In this document: positions 58,301-64,000 of the stretch, piece after piece
How positions within the stretch are numbered: the stretch's first letter is position 1
How the letters are laid out: the number at the start of each line of letters is the position of its first letter
Source of the DNA: Eledone cirrhosa
Taxonomy: Eukaryota
Length of the DNA: 64,000 nucleotides
Assembly: GCA_964016885.1 (NCBI GenBank)
Contig: OZ024740.1
Span: 128,774,001-128,838,000 of the forward strand
Direction: 5' to 3'
Translations under genes and position numbers: made by a program
The notes under the pieces: model-generated
Databases searched by the model: none
What the model saw: only the letters and a program-made list of their open reading frames with translations
Told to the model about the DNA's origin: nothing

Positions 58301-59884
58301 ATTATGCTGCGAAAAGTGAGAGCAGGATACAAGTTGGGAAGGGGAGAGCTTACCATCAATCACCTCCTCTTCATGGACGATCTTAAGCTCTTCGGGAAAA
58401 GTGAGAAGGAGTTGGATGTGCTTGTTGACACTGTCCGTATTTTCAGCAGTGATATATGTATGCAGTTTGGTATTGGTAAATCTGGAGTCATTGTGATGAA
58501 GAGGGGTAGGTTGAGCAGAAGTAACGGGATCCAGATACCAACAGGTGAGATGATAAAGGAAATTGACTCTGAGGAAGGATACAAGTATTTGGGCGTTCTG
58601 GAGGCTGATGGCATAAAGAACAAAACAATGAAGGAATTGTTAAGAACTGAATACATTCGGAGAGTAAGGAGCGTATTGAAGTCACATCTGAACAGCAGAA
58701 ATGCCATAAGCGCAGTAAATTCCCGAGCTGTGTCTATTATTAGGTACAGTGCGGGAATTCTGAGATGGAATGTTGCTGAACAAAAAGAAATGGATAGGAA
58801 GACTAGGAAGCTATTGACTATCTACAACATGTTCCACAAGAGGAGTGATGTCGATAGACTCTACCTAAGGAGATCTGAGGGTGGAAGAGGTCTTATCAGC
58901 ATAGAGGACTGTGTTCAGATGGAGAAAAACAACCTATACAAATACGTGATCTATAGTAAGGAGCCAATGCTCAGAACTGTACTGAAGGAGGGGACAGTAG
59001 GCCAGGGGATATCCAAGGAGGAAATAACATCAAGGAGGAAGAGCAGCCTTAAGGGAAAATCCCTTCATAGTACCTTCTTTGAGAAAACTGAATTTAGAGA
59101 TCCACAGACATGGAACTGGTTGAGAAGAGGAGACCTCAAAAAGGCTACAGAAGGAATGCTAATGGCTGCGCAGGAGCAGGCCCTCAAAACGAAGTGGTTG
59201 AAGCACCATATCTACAAGGAGGAGGCTAGCCCACTGTGCAGGATCTGTGGAGAGAGAGAGGAGACTGTGGCTCACATTGTGTCCGAGTGTAAACACCTAG
59301 CCCAGACCCACTATAAGGGCTGGAGACACGATGTGATGGGCAGGGTGTACCACTGGCACCTGTGCAAAGTAAACAATCTACCACATTCTGAGAAATGGTC
59401 TGAGCACAGGCCAGAGGCGTTGATGGAGAACAGTCAGGTGAAGGTGCTGTGGGATTTTAGGATACAGACGGACAAAAAACTGGAACACAATAGACCTGAC
59501 CTGGTGGTTGTGGACAAAGAAAAAAGATCGTGCCTGATTGTGGATGTGGCCTGTCCGTTCGACACGAGAGTGCAAGAGAAGGAGAGGGAGAAAATTAACC
59601 GATACCAGGACCTAAAGTGGGAGGTGAAAAGGATTTGGAACTGCCATGAAGTCAAAGTGATCCCGATTGTCATAGGCGCACTGGGGACTATCTCCAAAGG
59701 TTTCCAGGGATGGTTAAAGAAAAATCGGCCCCTTCACGCTTTTTGGAACGCTTCAAAAGGCATGCTTGCTTGGAACAGCAAGAACCCTCCGATACGTCCT
59801 GAATATCTGAGGCTGCAGGTAGTGGCTTGATATTCAATCCAACGGACTTTCCAGTTAACCAACATCAATGACTGAGATTCAAGG
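55338..59884 (+). mobile_element. R4/Dong-type RLE non-LTR retrotransposon copy C (apparently full length)
   Basis: Bounded by (AAT)n tracts, with a ~1.08-kb leader, a single long ORF and a ~75-nt 3' UTR. Confidence 0.92.
56417..59830 (+). CDS. Non-LTR retrotransposon polyprotein: N-terminal Myb-like region, RT, CCHC finger and restriction-like endonuclease (R4/Dong/Rex6 clade)
   Basis: WTKELNRTVMQCY..GYRRRMHNIW; KSPGPDG; YRPITCL; IDYRKAFD; IFQGDSLSPLLF; HLLFMDDLKL; YKYLG; CRICGEREETVAHIVSEC; RHD; RPDLVVVDK..IVDVACPFD..EKINRY. An extra A at 59720-59724 shifts the last ~30 codons; the ancestral stop is 59808-59810. Confidence 0.95.
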   Translation: METRTSCDRLSPNRCPLAQQQEPDCQPNTADVGGRRRRKGARTNWTKELNRTVMQCYLKSNPKERGYRRRMHNIWNEIGLFKLDEQKLAGQARVIRTNGWISELELEELSRENGLEMAGVVCQTSEPAGNEGEEVLRTEEPPEADNDLNTEINNTWNRDTATEEMNADGLGQDSVDILNLVVDELNNDSGRPMNLRFVDRKKLKETTAKVNKVIPYLEARSLHQCNNILKATANTVRKLLGIKASGNNRQERAEPWWKKRLSGQIGEMRNDIGKLESLLNGTLKNIGTKNRLEIKYKTRSKKLNIIIEELKQRIVAKSAKIRRYENRVSQYKQNRMFDNNQKMLFGQLEGKERGNDLIPGAEQAKTFWRGIWEQDVRHNAQAGWIETVQREIGEQAQQQTDLSITVETLKGQAKKLTNWKSPGPDGVQGYWIKHLTSLHPKLTAMFNDCLVSGEVPEWLTKGTTVLIMKDRIKGNDVTNYRPITCLPVMWKLLTSIVSEEIYHHLHTNNLLPDEQKGCRKKSRGTKDQLLIDKMVMGNCRRRHTDLAMGWIDYRKAFDMVHHSWITKSLEIFRVADNIRQLLGRSMGSWETELTSTGVSLGSVKIKRGIFQGDSLSPLLFVLALMPLTIMLRKVRAGYKLGRGELTINHLLFMDDLKLFGKSEKELDVLVDTVRIFSSDICMQFGIGKSGVIVMKRGRLSRSNGIQIPTGEMIKEIDSEEGYKYLGVLEADGIKNKTMKELLRTEYIRRVRSVLKSHLNSRNAISAVNSRAVSIIRYSAGILRWNVAEQKEMDRKTRKLLTIYNMFHKRSDVDRLYLRRSEGGRGLISIEDCVQMEKNNLYKYVIYSKEPMLRTVLKEGTVGQGISKEEITSRRKSSLKGKSLHSTFFEKTEFRDPQTWNWLRRGDLKKATEGMLMAAQEQALKTKWLKHHIYKEEASPLCRICGEREETVAHIVSECKHLAQTHYKGWRHDVMGRVYHWHLCKVNNLPHSEKWSEHRPEALMENSQVKVLWDFRIQTDKKLEHNRPDLVVVDKEKRSCLIVDVACPFDTRVQEKEREKINRYQDLKWEVKRIWNCHEVKVIPIVIGALGTISKGFQGWLKKNRPLHAFWNASKGMLAWNSKNPPIRPEYLRLQVVA

Positions 59885-59923
59885 AATAACAATAACAATA
59901 ATAATAATAATAATAATAATAAT

Positions 59924-61797
59924 TTATTGATAAGATGGTAATGAGGAATTGCAAGAGGAGACACACTGGTCTTGCCATTGGATGGATAGACTACAAAAAG
60001 GCATTTGACATGGTGCCTCATTCTTGGATCGCCAAAAGCCTAGAGATCTTCAAGGTTGCAGATAACATCATACAGTTGTTGAGCAAAAGTATGATGTCCT
60101 GGAAAACAGAGTTAGCATCAGCTGGAGAATACTTGGGAGGCGTGAAGATCAAGAGAGGTATCTTCCATGGAGATAGTCTGTCCCCTCTGTTGTTTGTCCA
60201 TGCCCTGATGCCCCTGACCATTATACTGCGAAAAGTGAGAGCAGGATACAAGTTGGGAAAGGGAGAGCTTACCATCAATCACCTCCTCATCATGGACGAT
60301 CTTAAGCTCTTCGGGAAGAGTGAGAAGGAGTTGGATGTGCTTGTTGACAATGTCCCTATTTTCAGCAATGATATATGTATGCAATTTGGTATTAGTAAGT
60401 GTGGAGTCATTGTGATGAAGAGGGTAAATTGAGCAGAAGCAACGGAATCCAGGTACCAACAGGTGAGATGATAAAGGAAATTGACACTGAAGAAGGATAC
60501 AACTATTTGGGTGTTCTGGAGGCTGATGACATCAAGAACAAAAATATGAAGGAATTGATAAGATCTGAATACATTCGCAGAGTAAGGAGCGTATTGAAGT
60601 CACATCTGAACAGTAGGAATGCCATAAGTGCAGTAAATTCCCGAGCTGTGTCTATTATTAGGTACAGTGCGGGAATTCTGAGATGGAATGTTGCTGAACA
60701 AAAAGAAATGGATAGGAAAACTAGGAAGCTATTGACTATTTACATGTTCCACAAGAGGAGTGATGTCGATAGACTCTACTTAAGGAGATCTGAATGTGGA
60801 AGAGGTCTTATCAGCATAGAGGACAGTGTTCAGATGGAGAAAAACAACCTACACAAATACAACACTGATAGTAGGGAGCCAATGCTCAGAACTGTACTGA
60901 AGGAGAGGACAATAGACCAGGGGATGTCCAGGGAGGAAATAACAACAAGGAGAAGGAGCAGCCTTGATTTAAAAATCCCTTCATTGTAACTTCTTTGAGA
61001 AAGCTGAATTCAGAGATCCACAGACATGGAACTGGTTGAAAAGAGGAGACCTTAAAAAGGTTATAGAAGGGATGCTAATGGCTGCGCAAGAGCAGGCCCT
61101 CAAGACGAAGTGGTTGAAACACCATATTTACAAGGAGGAGGCTAGCCCACTGTGTAGGATCTGTGGAGAGAAAAGAGACTGTGGCTAACATTGTATCCGA
61201 GTGTAAACACCTAGCCCAGACTCACTATAAGGGCTGGATACATAATGTGATGGGCAGGGTGATCCACTGGCACCTATACAAAGTAAACAATTTACCACAT
61301 TCTGAGAAGTGGAATGAGCATAAGCCGGAGTCGGTGATAGAGAACGATCAGGTGAAGGTGCTGTGGGATTTTAGGATACAGAAGGACAAGAAACTGAAAC
61401 ACAATAGACCTGACCTTGTGGTTTTGGACAAAGAAAAAAGATCGTGCCTGATTGTGGATGTGGCCTGCCCATTCGACACGAGAGTGCAAGAGAAGGAGAG
61501 GGAGAAAATTAACCGATACTAGGACTTAAAGTGGGATGTAAAAAGGATTTGGAACTGCCATGAAGTCAAAGTGGTCCCGATTGTCATGGGCGCACTAGGT
61601 ACTATCTCAACAAGTTTCCAGGGATGGTTAAAGAAAATTGGCCCCTTCACGCTTTTTGGAACGCTTCAAAAGGCATGCTTGCTGGGAATAGCAAGAACCC
61701 TCCGATACGTCCTGAATATCTGAGGCTGCAGGTAGTGGCTTGATATTCATTTCAACAAACTTTCCAGTTAAATAACATCAATGACTGAGACTCAAAG
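59924..61797 (+). mobile_element. R4/Dong-type element copy D (5'-truncated, several frameshifts and stops)
   Basis: ORF pieces 59935..60432, 60399..60989 and 61163..61522 are homologous to 58004-59884. Confidence 0.95.
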
Positions 61798-61824
61798 AAT
61801 AATAATAATAATATTAATAATAAT

Positions 61825-61875
61825 GCTTTCATTATTAATCACAAGGGTTTACACAAAGTAGACATTAAGGACAGT
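61825..61875 (-). mobile_element. Tx1-like element 3'-terminal stub
   Basis: ttattaatcacaagggtttacacaaagtagacattaaggacagt is nearly identical to 32641-32684. Confidence 0.85.
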
Positions 61876-63164
61876 GATAATATCAGAAATAAAACAACAA
61901 AATATTCTGACGGTTGTCAGAAGACACATAAGAGCAAAATCAATGGTGAAGTTAAAATAAGTAATAATAGTATTAATGATGGTAGCCGTGTAGATGTTGT
62001 GTGTAATGATTTATTTATAAACCACAGATGGTTTCACACGAAGAAAACATTAAGTACACCACTAATAATAAGTACACCACTAATAATAAGTAAATCTGGG
62101 ACTAGAAAAAAAGCTGGTTGGCAGCAAGTGGTACATAAATGTGTTTCTTGCGCAGGATGAATAAACTAAACCTTGTTGATAGTCCTTCTACAGTCGATAT
62201 CCCGAACAAAATTATCCCATACCGGTAAAGGGTACACCACAAAAAGAAACATTTAAAAACAAACATCACAATGTCACATACAAAACTACATATCGCATCA
62301 GTCCTCACCCAATGCTATTAGCAGAGCATCCCTCAGGGAGGAATTAGCCTAGGGTCGAACCGTCCGCATCTGAAACGGTCTTCAATGTTCACTTGAATGA
62401 GAATTATCTCAAGCCAAACACTTCATGTTCTGCAGCACAATAAGGCACACATTTCAACCTATCAAATGCACTCGAGAAGAGTATAAAGAAGTTATATACG
62501 CATTGAAAGATTTATTGGGCAAGCCATCATAATTAAAATCAATAGCAAATTATTTTAGGGTATAGAGGGAAAGAAAACCAGAAGTGTGACCAAACATAGA
62601 CGAAACCAAACTTACAAAAGTAAAACATGAGTCTAACTGATGTAGATTTGAATGAAATTAATACGAATGCTGAAATGATTTGAGAATACGAATATCAGAA
62701 AGGGTTGGAAGTAGATACGTGACAGAATAGAAACCGCAAAACATATTGACTATTTTAATACTAGAAATTTCGCAGAAAATTGAAAGTATCAGAAACAACA
62801 CAGCACGGACAAGCTGGAAGCAGATTGACAACATAGATGATTATATTTCTACTCATGACTTTATAAGCCAGACAGAAAAGAAACAAGAAATTCTAAATAA
62901 ACCTTAAAAAGGAAAATTAGTATGGGAGAAAGAGAGTCCTTGCAAAAATTGACAAATAAGAAGCAGAACAAAAGACACATAAGAACTGGATATCAGGTTG
63001 CTAAAGGAATAATAGAAGTGATGGAACCTGATATATAAGAATTGCCTCAGTTTTCGATGTGACTATGGGATGTTAGTTTTATTTACCTGTGGCCAGCAGG
63101 AGTCTCACAACTGTTTTAATGTTATTGCTTACTCTTTGTTTGTAGAATTTATTTACTGACATAT

Positions 63165-63320
63165 AGGTTCTGATTTCAAATCCCGCCGAGGCAAATTTGC
63201 TTTTAATCATTCTGGGGTCAATAAATTAAATTACCACTCAAGTACTGGTGTCGATTCATTCGACTTTCCACTTTACTTCAAATTGCTGGCCTTGTGCCAA
63301 AAGCAGAAACAATTATTATA
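63165..63320 (+). mobile_element. tRNA-derived SINE (octopus-type)
   Basis: ttctgatttcaaatcccgccgagg...ctggggtcaataaattaa...aaattgctggccttgtgccaaaagcagaaacaattatt. Confidence 0.82.
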
Positions 63321-64000
63321 TATATAATTCATCATCATCGTCATCATCATCATCATCATGGCATCATTCTCGTCAGCATCATCATCGTTGACGCTGTTGG
63401 TTTTCGATGTCTGTCATTTTTGCTTGCTTTGAGGTTATTGTTGTCCTTATTGTGGTTTGTTCTTGTTGCTTTCATTCAGATTCAGACAATAGAAATGTGG
63501 CTAATTATTAAAGATCTCGAGTTAACCATAGTTTCGCTTTTTAGCAGAAAATGTTATCTTTTAAGTAGAAAGTATCAGATGTTATTAAAACAGAACAAAG
63601 TAGTAAAGGAGTACTAATAACAAAACAGTACTAGAATATACAACAAAACCATACAAAAAACAAACAAAACAGATTTACGCTTTCAGACAAATAGCATCGT
63701 TATTAATGTCCCCCGTTCTTATTATTTCATTGGAATTATTATTTGGAACATTGATTTAGATATTTTTTAATTATATTTTAAAGCTTTTATTGTTTCTTTT
63801 CCGTATTTGTTTTTCAATTTCTAATGAAATATTATGAAAATCTGTTTTGCTTTGCTTTATTAGTTTATATGTTTATTAACTTCTGACAATATATGTTTGG
63901 GCCTGTATGGGTGTGTTTGCATTCGTGTAGTAGTAGACATCACATTTTTCAGAATGCGTACAAGAATGCGAACTGCATGTATAAACATACCGGTTACCTA

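Noticed and set aside
56447-61489. Multiple minus-strand ORFs over the Dong copies
   Set aside because: They are antisense shadows of the RT ORF with no independent motifs.

Overview
Eukaryotic, very AT-rich and microsatellite-dense intergenic or intronic DNA. The repeat repertoire suggests an octopus or other coleoid cephalopod (inference from recognising the SINE family, not verified). I found no host gene. Most short ORFs in the track are translations of (TA)n/(CA)n tracts or antisense frames of transposons. The window holds retroelements sorted by microsatellite type. (1) A head-to-tail array of four R4/Dong-type RLE non-LTR retrotransposons sits in (AAT)n at 53.5-61.8 kb and includes one nearly intact 1137-aa ORF. 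(2) A Tx1-like LINE flanked by (AAT)n lacks its APE endonuclease (32.6-37.0 kb). (3) Several Penelope-like elements (PLEs) and mini-derivatives sit in (TA)n. They carry inverted pseudo-LTRs, about ten type I hammerhead ribozyme motifs (some canonical, some variant or decayed), a fixed inversion breakpoint and a shared tail motif. (4) A tRNA-type SINE has a 3' end that matches the Tx1 3' end in sequence and spacing. Also present are RTE fragments, decayed hAT transposase relics and two large fold-back palindromes.
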